Positions 16,151 through 26,768 of a DNA stretch of 51,731 bases are shown here, in pieces. The notes under the pieces are model-generated. The model searched no databases and was not told the origin of the DNA. It saw nothing but the letters and a program-made list of their open reading frames with translations. The translations under genes and the position numbers were made by a program. Positions within the stretch are counted from its first letter, which is position 1. The number at the start of each line of letters is the position of its first letter. Source of the stretch: a virus. The stretch lies in the IMG/VR virus record IMGVR_UViG_3300045988_035990; one strand, written 5' to 3'.

Positions 16151-17275
16151 AAAACAACAAATGAAAGGATATTCGCCAACGACATAAAGATGTCATATTG
16201 GCAACAAGATAATTGCATGAGGTGCGCCAAGGCGGTATGGTACAACACCCAGCTTGGCAGATGCCCGAAATACAAATGCGCATTGCAACGCGACATGGAA
16301 GCGCAAGCAGCCGGGGACATGGAAATCAACGAAAGGTCATTCAACGCGTGCCACAACGCCAAGATTTGCCCTTTCATCAAGCCAAAGGAACAAGAATCCG
16401 CGCCGGGCGATGAAATCCTTGATTTCTCAAAGGGTGAATCCATGTTCAACGAAACGGCGGTGTTCAATCAAATTGAACAAGCACCGGAAATTGAACACGG
16501 ACACGAAGAAAAGCCAATGACAGCACCGGAAGCACCAAAGGAACACAAACAAACGCCGGAAGAACTGAAAGCGGCGGAAAAACGGATGTATGACACCATC
16601 TTTGAAAAGGAGATTGTGAACAACATCAATGGTTTGTCGCCGATGATGACCGAAAAGCAATTCAAGGAGAGTGTGCGCCATGATACCGATTGGATGATGA
16701 AAACATTCACGTTCAACGAAAACATGATGATTGCTTTCGTGCCATTGGTCATTTCGCATTTGGCGTGGGTGTATGCCGAAAAGGTGATGAAGTATTGCGC
16801 CGAACACAAGATTCCGGAAACCGTCAAGTTGTCCCGTGCCGTGAAGCACGTCCGCCAAGAATATGTTGATTCCTTGAAAAAGGATTTGGATGCAAGACAC
16901 ATCCAGCGTATAGAAAAGCAGACGGAAGAATTTTTCAAGGAGTACACAAGCGATTTCACGATATTTTGGTATTGTGTCAATTCGCAGTATAAGAAGCAAT
17001 TTCCGGGCGACATCTACAAGGACATGAAAACGGATGCGTTCCTTGGTGTTCTTATGTGTCGTTTCCTTGTTGACCACAACAAGCGCATGGACAAGATAAT
17101 TGAAGCCAAGATGGGATTTGCCAAAAGCATCAAAAACCCATACATGGATAAGTTGGAAACCTGTTTGGATGCGTATTGCGGAAACCAAGTCATCGAATGT
17201 GACACCAACATCAAGGCGTGCTTGAAAGTCCTTGAAAAGAACATCAACGAGATTGATTTTGAAATAACCTGGTAA
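16148..17275 (+). CDS. hypothetical protein (Cys-rich N-terminus)
   Basis: 375 aa ORF. Confidence 0.6.
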   Translation: MKTTNERIFANDIKMSYWQQDNCMRCAKAVWYNTQLGRCPKYKCALQRDMEAQAAGDMEINERSFNACHNAKICPFIKPKEQESAPGDEILDFSKGESMFNETAVFNQIEQAPEIEHGHEEKPMTAPEAPKEHKQTPEELKAAEKRMYDTIFEKEIVNNINGLSPMMTEKQFKESVRHDTDWMMKTFTFNENMMIAFVPLVISHLAWVYAEKVMKYCAEHKIPETVKLSRAVKHVRQEYVDSLKKDLDARHIQRIEKQTEEFFKEYTSDFTIFWYCVNSQYKKQFPGDIYKDMKTDAFLGVLMCRFLVDHNKRMDKIIEAKMGFAKSIKNPYMDKLETCLDAYCGNQVIECDTNIKACLKVLEKNINEIDFEITW

Positions 17276-17300
17276 GTTTAACACAATAAATTTTGAAAAC

Positions 17301-18047
17301 ATGAATTTCAACAAATTGGCAAAAGAATCCCATGCCAACGCCGTGAAGCACGGATTTTGGGAAAAGCGAGAGAGCAACGAGCATTGTTTGATGCTTGTCG
17401 TTTCGGTGATTGGCGAAATGGTTGAAGCGCATCGAGCCGGGAAGCGCGCCAACCTTGAAGCCTACAATGAACCATTATTGGGAGGTTGCGCGCCGTTCAC
17501 GTCATTCATCAAGGACACCTTGGAAGATGAAATGGCGGACGTTGCCATTCGTCTTGGCGACCTTGCCGGAGCGTTGGGCGTGGATTTTGACAAAATGAAT
17601 CCTTGCAAGTATCATCGCGCGTTTGACAAGTTCACATTCACGGAAAACGCATTTGCCTTGACCAAAGGTTTGTGCCGTGACATCATCGGCATTGAAAAGC
17701 GCATCCAATTCGGTTTGGAGTACGTCACAAAATGGGCGAAGTCCATCAACGTTGATTTGGATTGGCACATTGGCGAAAAGATGAAGTATAACGCAACGCG
17801 ACCGCCGAAACACGGCAAAGCTATTAACCAAGTGCAATGCAAATGCACAACAAAAGCATTGCTTATGCGGTATATCGTCATAACCGAAAACCCAATGACC
17901 GGGGAACGCACAACGGTTGAAACCAAGGATTTTGAATCCTTGCGGATTGACCAATCCCAAATCGTTGCCATCGTTGACAAGTCAGACCTGCAAGTGACTT
18001 ATGACGGGGAAACGTGGTGCAGTTATGAAAAAGTATATAACACTTAA
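17301..18047 (+). CDS. MazG-like nucleotide pyrophosphohydrolase with a C-terminal extension
   Basis: VIGEMVEAHRAGK and EDEMADVAIRLGDLAG. Confidence 0.6.
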   Translation: MNFNKLAKESHANAVKHGFWEKRESNEHCLMLVVSVIGEMVEAHRAGKRANLEAYNEPLLGGCAPFTSFIKDTLEDEMADVAIRLGDLAGALGVDFDKMNPCKYHRAFDKFTFTENAFALTKGLCRDIIGIEKRIQFGLEYVTKWAKSINVDLDWHIGEKMKYNATRPPKHGKAINQVQCKCTTKALLMRYIVITENPMTGERTTVETKDFESLRIDQSQIVAIVDKSDLQVTYDGETWCSYEKVYNT

Positions 18048-18061
18048 TTCAAAAAATCTTT

Positions 18062-18442
18062 ATGTTACAAATTGAAGTAATCGGAAACATCGGCGCGGAT
18101 GCCGAAATCAAGGAGTTTGGCGGCAAGAAATATGTGTCATTCAACGTGGCACATTCGGAACGCCGCAAGGATGCCAACGGCACAACGGTTGAATCAACAA
18201 CATGGGTGTCCGTTCTTTCGTTCGGCGATGGCGGCGGATTGACGCAGTATTTGAAGCGTGGCGCAAAGGTGTTTGTTCGTGGTCGTATGAGCGTGAAGCA
18301 ATACCAAGACAAGAACAAACATTGGCAAGTTGCCGTGAACTGCAATGCAAGCGAAATTCAGCTTTGCGACATCAAGGGCAACGGCAATGCAGCAGCCGCG
18401 CCCGCCGCGCAACCCGAAAACGCCGATGGCTTGCCGTTCTAA
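18062..18442 (+). CDS. ssb: single-stranded DNA-binding protein
   Basis: OB-fold pattern NIGADAEIK...TTWVSVLSFG...VRGRM, with an acidic tail ending DGLPF. Confidence 0.8.
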   Translation: MLQIEVIGNIGADAEIKEFGGKKYVSFNVAHSERRKDANGTTVESTTWVSVLSFGDGGGLTQYLKRGAKVFVRGRMSVKQYQDKNKHWQVAVNCNASEIQLCDIKGNGNAAAAPAAQPENADGLPF

Positions 18443-18930
18443 TGAAACACGACAACATCATTGCCATTGACCCGGACAAGGAAAAGTCCGGCGTGGCGTT
18501 CCTCAAAGTCAAGACAAGACAATTGGAGGTGACGAACCTTTCATTCCCTTTCTTGCTTGAATACTTGCAGCACGCGAAAGCGAAAAGGGATGAAACGGGC
18601 GAATCCTTGATTGTGGTCGTTGAAGCCGGATGGATGAACAAGAAATCTTGTTTCCATGCCGCACAAGGCAAACAGGCGGAAAAGATTGCAAAGGATGTCG
18701 GCGCGAACCATGAGACCGGACGCAAAATCATCGAAATGTGCGAACATTGGGGAATCGAAGTCTTGCCACACATCCCGTTGTTGAAGTGTTGGAAAGGCAA
18801 AGACCGCAAGATAACACATGAGGAACTTGCATCATTCACGGGAATAATGGGAAGAACGAATCAAGACGCACGCGATGCCGCGTTGCTTGCGTGGACTTAT
18901 GCCGGATTGCCCGTCCGCATGAAAGCATAA
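18442..18930 (+). CDS. RuvC-like Holliday junction resolvase
   Basis: IIAIDPDKEKSGVAF, VVVEAGW and RDAALLAW. The start overlaps the ssb stop codon (TAATG). Confidence 0.55.
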   Translation: MKHDNIIAIDPDKEKSGVAFLKVKTRQLEVTNLSFPFLLEYLQHAKAKRDETGESLIVVVEAGWMNKKSCFHAAQGKQAEKIAKDVGANHETGRKIIEMCEHWGIEVLPHIPLLKCWKGKDRKITHEELASFTGIMGRTNQDARDAALLAWTYAGLPVRMKA

Positions 18931-18965
18931 GTGGATAACTTTTTGATAACTTAATTCGATAAAGA

Positions 18966-18996
18966 GTGTTTTATAATGAAATACCCTTTATCTTTG
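18966..18996 (+). promoter_or_regulatory. palindromic motif (copy d, inverted) plus -7 box TATCTTTG
   Basis: gtgttttataatgaaatac at 18966-18984 and tatctttg at 18989-18996, upstream of the packaging module. Confidence 0.55.
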
Positions 18997-19030
18997 CATT
19001 GCATTTGCATAATATCAAAAAGTTACATAT

Positions 19031-19627
19031 ATGAAACCAATAAATTTCAAGCAATCTACTAAGGTATTGCAGAAGCCCGGCACATTGTCGGATTCGGAAT
19101 GTGGCACGTTGCCCGTTTGGTGTGATGGCAAACAATGTGTGTCATGTTGGAAGCCATCAATCAAGGAAAGAATCAACATCTTGTTCGGTGGCAAGGTATG
19201 GTTGGGCGTAATGTCCGGAAAGACACAACCGCCCGTTTTTGTCGCCGGGGAACGTGTTTTTCAGAAAACGCCGTTTTTAGCACATTTGAGAGCGTTTTTT
19301 ATTTCAGGTGGTGAAGTAGTCGCGAAAGCGTGCAAAAGCCTTGCAGAAGCCGCCCAAATGCCCGACAAGCGCAAGCATTACAAAGTTGGCGTGGTAATCG
19401 GTTTGATTGTGGGCGTTATTTCCGCGTTTTACGTTGGTTTGGCATGGGGCGCGTTGATTGGATTCATCGCCGGATGTATTGCCGGAGCAATCAAGGAATG
19501 GTGGGATTCAAAGGGACACGGAACGGTTGAATTGATGGATTTCGCATTCACCGCAATGGGCGCAGCGTCCGGCGCGTGCGTTTCCGTTCCTGTTATGATG
19601 TTGTTGCGCTTAATCATCCAGCTATGA
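19031..19627 (+). CDS. membrane protein
   Basis: 198 aa with glycine-zipper-like TM helices in the C-terminal half. Confidence 0.55.
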   Translation: MKPINFKQSTKVLQKPGTLSDSECGTLPVWCDGKQCVSCWKPSIKERINILFGGKVWLGVMSGKTQPPVFVAGERVFQKTPFLAHLRAFFISGGEVVAKACKSLAEAAQMPDKRKHYKVGVVIGLIVGVISAFYVGLAWGALIGFIAGCIAGAIKEWWDSKGHGTVELMDFAFTAMGAASGACVSVPVMMLLRLIIQL

Positions 19628-20175
19628 CGAAAATCATTGAAACCAACATCGAAAGTCTTGTGCCGGACAACAAGAATTTCAACAAGGGAACGGAATATGG
19701 CGACCGATTGATGGATGAATCATTGCGCAAATTCGGATTGGCACGTTCCATCGTTATTGACAAGAACAACCGCATCATCGCCGGAAACAAGACCGCAGAA
19801 AAAGCCGCCGACATTGGATTCACCGATGTTTTGGTTGTGGAGGTTGACGGAAACCAGCTTGTCGCGGTCAAGCGAAAAGACATTGACCTTGATTCCGCCA
19901 AGGGACGTGAACTTGCGCTTGCAGATAACGCCACAAGCAAAGCCAACCTTGCATGGGATGAATCCTTGATTGAAGAAGTTTCACAACAATGGGGTTTTGA
20001 ACCGCAAGAATGGGGCGTTGATGTTTCCATGCAAGAAGAACCCGAACAAGAAGAATCATCGGGGAAAAAGGAAATATCAACCCGGTTGATTGTTGAATGT
20101 GGCGATGTCACAAAGTTGTCATTGTTGTTTAGCGAACTGCAAGACCGTGGCTTTTCGGTCGAACTGAAAGAGTGA
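19624..20175 (+). CDS. ParB-like nuclease domain protein
   Basis: SIVIDKNNRIIAGNKTAEKA and its position before the terminase genes. ATG at 19624. Confidence 0.55.
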   Translation: MTKIIETNIESLVPDNKNFNKGTEYGDRLMDESLRKFGLARSIVIDKNNRIIAGNKTAEKAADIGFTDVLVVEVDGNQLVAVKRKDIDLDSAKGRELALADNATSKANLAWDESLIEEVSQQWGFEPQEWGVDVSMQEEPEQEESSGKKEISTRLIVECGDVTKLSLLFSELQDRGFSVELKE

Positions 20176-20209
20176 TTAAAGTGATAAAATTCAACTAAAA
20201 AAGGCAATT

Positions 20210-20716
20210 ATGGCAAAGTACGGAAAAAAGATTGTTGACAAGATTGTCGGGCTTATCAAGTCGGACACATACACCATCGCCGAGATTTGCCGCCAAGTGG
20301 GAATAACACCAAAGACATTCCATCAATGGAAAGAAGAACATCCGGAGTTTGGGCAAATGATTGTGGATGCCAAGGATGAACGGATGCAATTCTTTGTGCA
20401 AGAAGCCAAGAAATCATTGTTGAAGAAGATACAAGGGTATGACGTAACGGAAACAAAGGTTGTCACCGTTCCCGGCAAGGTTAAAGACGAGAAAGGCAAC
20501 CCGAAACCGATTATCAAGGAGCAGACGAACACAAAGAAGCATATCCAAGCGGACACGGCGGCAATCATATTCACGTTGACCAATGGCGACCCGGAACATT
20601 GGAAGAACAAGCAGTCAACGGAAGTAACCGGGAAAGATGGAAAAGATTTGTTTGCAAGCAAGACCGATGAGGAATTGGCAAGCACAATCGAAGAACTACA
20701 AAGGAAATTGGAGTAA
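20210..20716 (+). CDS. terS: terminase small subunit
   Basis: N-terminal HTH IAEICRQVGITPKTFHQWK, directly upstream of TerL. Confidence 0.65.
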   Translation: MAKYGKKIVDKIVGLIKSDTYTIAEICRQVGITPKTFHQWKEEHPEFGQMIVDAKDERMQFFVQEAKKSLLKKIQGYDVTETKVVTVPGKVKDEKGNPKPIIKEQTNTKKHIQADTAAIIFTLTNGDPEHWKNKQSTEVTGKDGKDLFASKTDEELASTIEELQRKLE

Positions 20717-22194
20717 TGGCAGCAACAAGAAGCGAACGGATTCAGCTTATCCAAGCGATGCAAGAACGGCTTTATCGTGAAAGTCGTTCCGATTTGTTGC
20801 GCTTTACACTTGCCACGATGCCGACATTCCGCCCGGCTGATTTCCATCGCCGATATTATCACGTCTTATCCAAGTTTGCGGATGGTGGTGTGAAAAAGTT
20901 GATGGTGTTCATGCCGCCGCAGCATGGAAAATCCGAGGGTTCAACGCGCCGTTTGCCCGCGTACCTGTTAGGGCGCAACCCGGACTTGCGCTTGGCGGTC
21001 GTTTCCTATTCGGCAACCAAAGCAAAGAAATTCAACCGCGAAATCCAACGTGTGATTGACACGCCGGAATATCACGCCATATTCCCGGAAACAACACTTG
21101 GTCAATCCAGCTTTGCCGATGATTCCGGGCGTGGTTACATCCGTACAACCGAAGAATGCGAGATTGTGAACCATGTTGGCGGATTCAAGACGGTGGGCGT
21201 TGGTGGTGCGTTGACAGGTGAACCCGTGGACATCCTAATCATGGATGACATTTACAAGGACGCGAAAACTGCATGGTCGCCCATTGTCCGTGATAACATA
21301 TCCGATTGGTACGATACCGTTGCCGAAACACGTTTGCACAACGATTCGCGCCAATTGATTGTATTTACTCGATGGCATGAAGATGACCTTGCGGGCAAGT
21401 TGTTACGCGAACAAGGCGTTTATGATGCCAAGGACAACCCGAATGGATGGGTTGTCGTTGTGTATCAAGCCATCAAGGAGGGCGCGCCGACCGAATATGA
21501 CCCAAGACAAGAGGGTGAACCATTATGGGCGGAACGACACAACCTTGAAAAGCTGCAAGCCATCCGGAAGCGCAATCCGCAAGTGTTTGAATCCCTGTAT
21601 CAACAAGACCCGCAGCCGCGCGCCGGATTGATGTATGAAGCCGGATTCGTTGAATACCTTGTGCGCCCGGCAACGCTGCAATTGCAACGCCGTTGCTATG
21701 TGGACACCGCCGACACGGGCGCGGACTACCTTTGCGCCATCGTGTATGACGAAACGGAAATTGGCAATTATATCGTGGATGTGCTTTACACGACAAAGCC
21801 CGTTGAGTTCACCGAACCCGCCCTTGCCAAAATGTTGACAAAACACGGCGTGGCACAATGTATTGTCGAAGCGAACAACGGCGGTCGTCTATTCAAGAAC
21901 AACGTGGAAAGGCAATGCCGTTTGCTTGGCAATGGCAAGACCAAGTTCACGTCCTTTGCCCAGCGCGAGAACAAGGACACGCGCATTTATTCCCATTCGG
22001 CGATGGTTCAGAACTTGACGTTCATGCCGCAAGGATGGAAGCATTTGTTCCCGGAGTTTGCAAAGGCGATTTGTGGCTATCTGAAAGCCGGACGCAATGA
22101 ACATGATGATGCGCCGGACGCATTGACCGGGACAATTGAGAAACGCAAACAAGGCAAGCAAACGAGCGTTGCCGCCCTGTTTGGTCAAGGATGA
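20716..22194 (+). CDS. terL: terminase large subunit
   Basis: Walker A-like PPQHGKS, Walker B ILIMDD, and a C-terminal nuclease region. Confidence 0.85.
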   Translation: MAATRSERIQLIQAMQERLYRESRSDLLRFTLATMPTFRPADFHRRYYHVLSKFADGGVKKLMVFMPPQHGKSEGSTRRLPAYLLGRNPDLRLAVVSYSATKAKKFNREIQRVIDTPEYHAIFPETTLGQSSFADDSGRGYIRTTEECEIVNHVGGFKTVGVGGALTGEPVDILIMDDIYKDAKTAWSPIVRDNISDWYDTVAETRLHNDSRQLIVFTRWHEDDLAGKLLREQGVYDAKDNPNGWVVVVYQAIKEGAPTEYDPRQEGEPLWAERHNLEKLQAIRKRNPQVFESLYQQDPQPRAGLMYEAGFVEYLVRPATLQLQRRCYVDTADTGADYLCAIVYDETEIGNYIVDVLYTTKPVEFTEPALAKMLTKHGVAQCIVEANNGGRLFKNNVERQCRLLGNGKTKFTSFAQRENKDTRIYSHSAMVQNLTFMPQGWKHLFPEFAKAICGYLKAGRNEHDDAPDALTGTIEKRKQGKQTSVAALFGQG

Positions 22195-23678
22195 TAATTC
22201 AAAACAATAAAAATGATATGACGATACAAGAAATTTTTCAGCTTGCAACGGCAAACGATGTGATTTCCGAATTGAAGTCTTGCCGTTTCATTCCACAACC
22301 CGATGTGGAGAGTGCGAATAAAGCACTTGACCCGAAGTTGCATGATATTATGTCGCCGATATTGCGCCCGGACAAGCGCGTTCAAGTTTCGGCAGACAAT
22401 GAAGCGGATTCCGCGCAAAAGGTTATTTCAACCGATGGAGAAAGCACCAATTTCAAGACGGTACGCGTGGCGCGTGTCGCCGTTACACTCCAAAAGTTGA
22501 TTATCAAACGCGCGGTGTCATTCGTGTTCGGTAATTCCCCGGCATACAATTCAACGCCGGAGAACGAACAGGAAGAATCCGTTGCGCGCGCCCTTGACCG
22601 CATTTTGTATGGCGTTAAGTGCAAGTCGTTGAACCGCAAGATTGGACGTTCCATTTTCGGGTATAAGGAAGCCGCCGAATATTGGTATCCGGTTGAAAGC
22701 CCAAACACGAAATATGGCTTTCCATCGCAATTCAAGATGCGTTGTACAATCTTTTCGCCCGCCTATGGTGATACGCTTTACCCATATTTCGATGAAACGG
22801 GCGACATGGTGGCGTTTTCACGTTCCTTTGCCCGAACCCGTGATGGTGTTGTCACGAACTATTTTGAAACGTTCACGGACACCGAACATTGGTTGTGGGT
22901 AAATGGCGCGAACGGATTTGATTGCGTTGATGGTTATCCCAAAAAGACGGGCATCAACAAAATACCTGTAATATACGGACATCAACCGGAGTTTGAAACC
23001 GAGGATGTGAACGCGTTGATTGACCGATTGGAAACATTGTTGTCGAACTTTGCCGACACGAACGATTATCACGCAAGCCCGAAGATTTTCACGACCGGAC
23101 AAATCAACGGATGGGCGCAAAAAGGCGAATCCGGCGCGGTTATTGAGGGCGAGGAGGGCGCAACCATGCAATATGTGTCATGGCAGCAAGCACCGGAAGC
23201 GGTCAAGTTGGAGATTGACACGTTGTTGAAGCTGATTTACACCATCACGCAAACACCCGACATTTCTTTTGATGCGGTCAAGGGATTGGGCGCGATGTCC
23301 GGCGTGGCGTTGAAGTTGCTTTTCATGGATGCACATTTGAAAGTGCAAGACAAGTGCGAAATCTTTGATGATTACTTGCAACGCCGTGTGAATGTCATCT
23401 TGGAGTATATTGCGCAGATGAACACCAGCTTGTCGGATGCGTGCGAATCCATTATGATTGAACCCGAAATCATCCCTTACATGATTACGTCAGACATTGA
23501 CGATTTGAACTATTGGATGACCGCAAACGGCAACAAACCCGTTGTGTCGCAAGAAGAATCCGTCATCGGCGCGGGTATTTCCAAGAATCCGGAAAAGACC
23601 ATGAAGAAGTTGGAAGAACAGGACACGCGCGACAATTCATTCATCATCGGTGAACCGCAGTTGGAGGGCGATGCGTAA
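22191..23678 (+). CDS. portal protein
   Basis: 495 aa, immediately after TerL and before MuF. Confidence 0.65.
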   Translation: MIIQNNKNDMTIQEIFQLATANDVISELKSCRFIPQPDVESANKALDPKLHDIMSPILRPDKRVQVSADNEADSAQKVISTDGESTNFKTVRVARVAVTLQKLIIKRAVSFVFGNSPAYNSTPENEQEESVARALDRILYGVKCKSLNRKIGRSIFGYKEAAEYWYPVESPNTKYGFPSQFKMRCTIFSPAYGDTLYPYFDETGDMVAFSRSFARTRDGVVTNYFETFTDTEHWLWVNGANGFDCVDGYPKKTGINKIPVIYGHQPEFETEDVNALIDRLETLLSNFADTNDYHASPKIFTTGQINGWAQKGESGAVIEGEEGATMQYVSWQQAPEAVKLEIDTLLKLIYTITQTPDISFDAVKGLGAMSGVALKLLFMDAHLKVQDKCEIFDDYLQRRVNVILEYIAQMNTSLSDACESIMIEPEIIPYMITSDIDDLNYWMTANGNKPVVSQEESVIGAGISKNPEKTMKKLEEQDTRDNSFIIGEPQLEGDA

Positions 23679-23905
23679 TGCCACGTTATCCAAGAACAAC
23701 ACGAACCCCGGCAAAGGAACAGGCGAAAAAGCCACAATTCCGATGCCGGGATTGCGCGGAATCATACAATTGGCATTCCAAGGCGATTGATGGGCATTTG
23801 ATATTGTGCCGTTGTAAGCAAGACTACAAGACGGAACACGGGCGATGGTGCAAGTTCCTCAATGACCTACAATGTGAATATTTCAGACCAAGAAAGAATG
23901 AGTAA
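23678..23905 (+). CDS. small Cys-rich protein
   Basis: 75 aa with CRDC...CRCK. Confidence 0.45.
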   Translation: MPRYPRTTRTPAKEQAKKPQFRCRDCAESYNWHSKAIDGHLILCRCKQDYKTEHGRWCKFLNDLQCEYFRPRKNE

Positions 23906-24032
23906 AACGAACCTTTGCGACAACTGCAAACATTGGGCGCGTGCTTTTGGCAATTTTTATTGTTGCGTATGCGCCAAATGTCATCCGGGGGATGATGGGT
24001 TTTGGCGTTGTCGTTATCACATCAAGAAGTAA
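23898..24032 (+). CDS. small Cys-rich protein (44 aa)
   Basis: MSKTNLCDNCKHW...CCVCAKCHPGDDGFWRCRYH. Both ends overlap neighbouring genes. Confidence 0.35.
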   Translation: MSKTNLCDNCKHWARAFGNFYCCVCAKCHPGDDGFWRCRYHIKK

Positions 24033-26464
24033 TGGCAAAAAGGCAGAAAACAACACGATTTTCCATTCAAGGATGGGACGCAAGGCATTACAGGACAACG
24101 GACGCGTATGTTCAAGCCGTGCAAAGCCTGTATGACAAGGCGACAACGGCAATCACAATGGCGGCAGCACGCGGCAAGATTGACCCCGACAAGCCTTTTT
24201 CGTTCGATATGTACCCGTCCGTAAAAAAGGAGATGCAGCGCATCACGGAACAATTGGCATCCCGTGTGACAACCGTCATCGAATCCGGTTCAAAGAAACA
24301 ATGGCTTTTCGCTTGCGCCAAGAATGACGGGTTCATTTCATCCATCATGGACACATCTAAGTTGAGCAAGGCACGCTTGAAGAAGATGCAAGACCGCAAC
24401 TTGGATGCGCTTTCGGCGTTCCAAAGTCGCAAGGTGGAGGGAATGAACCTTTCGCAACGTGTATGGAAGTACGTTGACCAATACAAGGCGCAAATGGAAT
24501 CCGCCCTTGATGTCGGACTTGGCGAGGGAAGAAGCGCGGATGAACTTTCCCGCGATGTCCGGCAGAACTTGCGCGAACCGAACCGATTGTTCCGGCGTGT
24601 TCGTGACAAGCGCGGAAACCTTGTGTTGTCAAAGAATGCCCGTGCCTATCATCCCGGACAAGGCGTTTATCGTTCCAGCTACAAGAACGCGATGCGCTTG
24701 ACACGTTCGGAAATCAATATGGCGTACCGGGAAAGCGATTACCAACGATGGCAACAATTGGATTTCGTTGTTGGTTTTGAGATTCACCGGAGCAACCACG
24801 AACCATTGTGCAAGTGCGATATTTGTTCCAAATTGGTTGGACGTTACCCCAAGACATTCAAATTCAAAGGGTGGCATCCACAATGTATGTGTTACGCCAC
24901 GCCAATCTTGATGGATGAAGAAACATTCGATGCAAACGAACTTGGCGACCTAAAAGCAGCATTGCACGGCACGGAATACAAGCGTTTGCAAGCCAAGAAC
25001 ATTGTTTTGGAAATGCCAAAGGAGTTCACCGAATGGGTGGAACAACACATTGAAGCGCAAAAGGGATGGTCATCAACGCCTTATTTCATCCGTGACAACT
25101 TTGTTGATGGGCGACTTGACAAGGGCTTGAAAATAGAAATGCCAACGGTCAATGTGGATGTAATTGCGGCATATCAATCGCAAATTGCACAGGCGCGAGC
25201 AATGGCGAACAAATGGGGTTTGAATGGAAGTTTACATTCGCTTGATTCCGCCGTTGCGTCAAAAAACATCGCCGGAATACAAACGGCAATTTCAGACATT
25301 CAAAGTACGGCATCAAGAATGGAATCCGAGAATGCTGCAATCCGTTCAAGATGCTTGGAATGGGGTGTTGATGTCACGGAACTTGATATTGCCATTGCAT
25401 CTGGAAAGTCGGCAAAAATCATGTTGGCGTTTGATGTGTTGGATAAGCGTTGCGATGAAGTACAACGCGAATACAAGGCATATACGAACGATGCACAACG
25501 CACAATAAAGGCGGCAACGTCCATGAATGTTAATTCAAGTGATGTGCAAGCCGATATTGTAGCCGTTACAAATGACAAAAGCGGATGGGCATCGCTGAAA
25601 GCAATGATAATACAAAGGTTGAACGACTTGAAGAAGAAAATTGCAAATACATCATCAACGGCGATACATCCAGCATTAAAAACAAGATATACGACTCATG
25701 CAGAAGTAAATGACACATTCAAAAAAATAAATGCCGGATTAACTGAAAAATGGTTTGAACATGATGATTTGGATTTGCGCGTAGAAACCAATCCGGGGAA
25801 TAATGGTTCAACAAACATGAATGGAGTTTTGTTATTAAAGGCAGACCGAATAAGCGGGGTTATGTCTGCATTGGGAAAAATTGGGCAAGGCAAATGGGGC
25901 GACATCACCGATGTTGAAGCGGATGCAATGGCAACACTTTGGCATGAAATTACGCACAACAGGAACAAGCCGCAATGGATTGGTGGAGTATTCCAACGGG
26001 CGAATTTTTGCAACACGAATATGCAACGTTCATACATGGAACTTGCAAACGAATTTGTGGCGCGAAAGACATTACCGGAATTTTACAAGATTCTTGGTTG
26101 TCCGGCGACACCACATCCACAATATATGCAATCGCGCGCGTCAACGGGTTACAACCGGATGGTAACTAATTACGATTATGTTATCAAAAAATTGGGGCTT
26201 GATGCGAAAAAGGTTTTGGATGCCGTGCGTGAACATCTTTATGAAAAGCCATATTGTGACCAAAAAAACGGTTTGATTGATGGATTGGCAAAAGGTGGAA
26301 TCAAAGACAAACATGGCAAGCCATTGAAAAAATCCGTTCTTAACTCTCTTATCAAGACGATTGAATGTACCGATGCAACATATTCATGGAATGGTACAAA
26401 ATACGTTACTAAAAGCAAAGAACAAGTACTTGATGAATGGTTGGCAAATAATGACGTTATATAA
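24032..26464 (+). CDS. MuF / SPP1 gp7-like head morphogenesis protein with a long C-terminal extension carrying HExxH
   Basis: MuF core ...CKCDICSKL...GWHPQCMCYATPIL. C-terminal LWHEITHN at 25943-25957. The ATG at 24032 overlaps the upstream stop codon. Confidence 0.75.
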   Translation: MAKRQKTTRFSIQGWDARHYRTTDAYVQAVQSLYDKATTAITMAAARGKIDPDKPFSFDMYPSVKKEMQRITEQLASRVTTVIESGSKKQWLFACAKNDGFISSIMDTSKLSKARLKKMQDRNLDALSAFQSRKVEGMNLSQRVWKYVDQYKAQMESALDVGLGEGRSADELSRDVRQNLREPNRLFRRVRDKRGNLVLSKNARAYHPGQGVYRSSYKNAMRLTRSEINMAYRESDYQRWQQLDFVVGFEIHRSNHEPLCKCDICSKLVGRYPKTFKFKGWHPQCMCYATPILMDEETFDANELGDLKAALHGTEYKRLQAKNIVLEMPKEFTEWVEQHIEAQKGWSSTPYFIRDNFVDGRLDKGLKIEMPTVNVDVIAAYQSQIAQARAMANKWGLNGSLHSLDSAVASKNIAGIQTAISDIQSTASRMESENAAIRSRCLEWGVDVTELDIAIASGKSAKIMLAFDVLDKRCDEVQREYKAYTNDAQRTIKAATSMNVNSSDVQADIVAVTNDKSGWASLKAMIIQRLNDLKKKIANTSSTAIHPALKTRYTTHAEVNDTFKKINAGLTEKWFEHDDLDLRVETNPGNNGSTNMNGVLLLKADRISGVMSALGKIGQGKWGDITDVEADAMATLWHEITHNRNKPQWIGGVFQRANFCNTNMQRSYMELANEFVARKTLPEFYKILGCPATPHPQYMQSRASTGYNRMVTNYDYVIKKLGLDAKKVLDAVREHLYEKPYCDQKNGLIDGLAKGGIKDKHGKPLKKSVLNSLIKTIECTDATYSWNGTKYVTKSKEQVLDEWLANNDVI

Positions 26465-26467
26465 CAA

Positions 26468-26504
26468 CAAAGGTGGTAAGGAAGCAATGTCCTTTCCACC
26501 TTTG
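26468..26504. terminator. bidirectional hairpin between convergent genes
   Basis: caaaggtgg...ccacctttg outer stem with aagga/tcctt inner stem. Confidence 0.6.
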
Positions 26505-26510
26505 CCAAGT

Positions 26511-26768
26511 TTAATCAATTATTGTGCCTGTTTTTATCGCATCATTTTGAACGATTGCGGCATCCTTTTTTGCCACGCCATACATTGAACTTGCGGAATC
26601 AAACAAATCCTTGTTATTTGTAAGAATGGCATATTTCATCAGATGTTCGTATTTCGTAGAATCCGGGAATCCTTTGTAATACGATTCGGTGTAATCGCCA
26701 CCGATTATTTCCTTTCGCGTTTCTGCATCTTTGCAGAAGTCGAAAATTGTCTTTCCTTTTATTTTCAT
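26511..26768 (-). CDS. hypothetical protein (orphan cassette gene 8)
   Basis: 85 aa, overlaps the upstream gene. Confidence 0.55.
   Translation of the reverse strand: MKIKGKTIFDFCKDAETRKEIIGGDYTESYYKGFPDSTKYEHLMKYAILTNNKDLFDSASSMYGVAKKDAAIVQNDAIKTGTIID

Noticed and set aside
16427-17452. 341-aa minus-strand ORF
   Set aside because: It is antisense to two well-packed plus-strand genes (16148-17275 and the MazG-like gene), has no motifs, and would break the unidirectional early operon.
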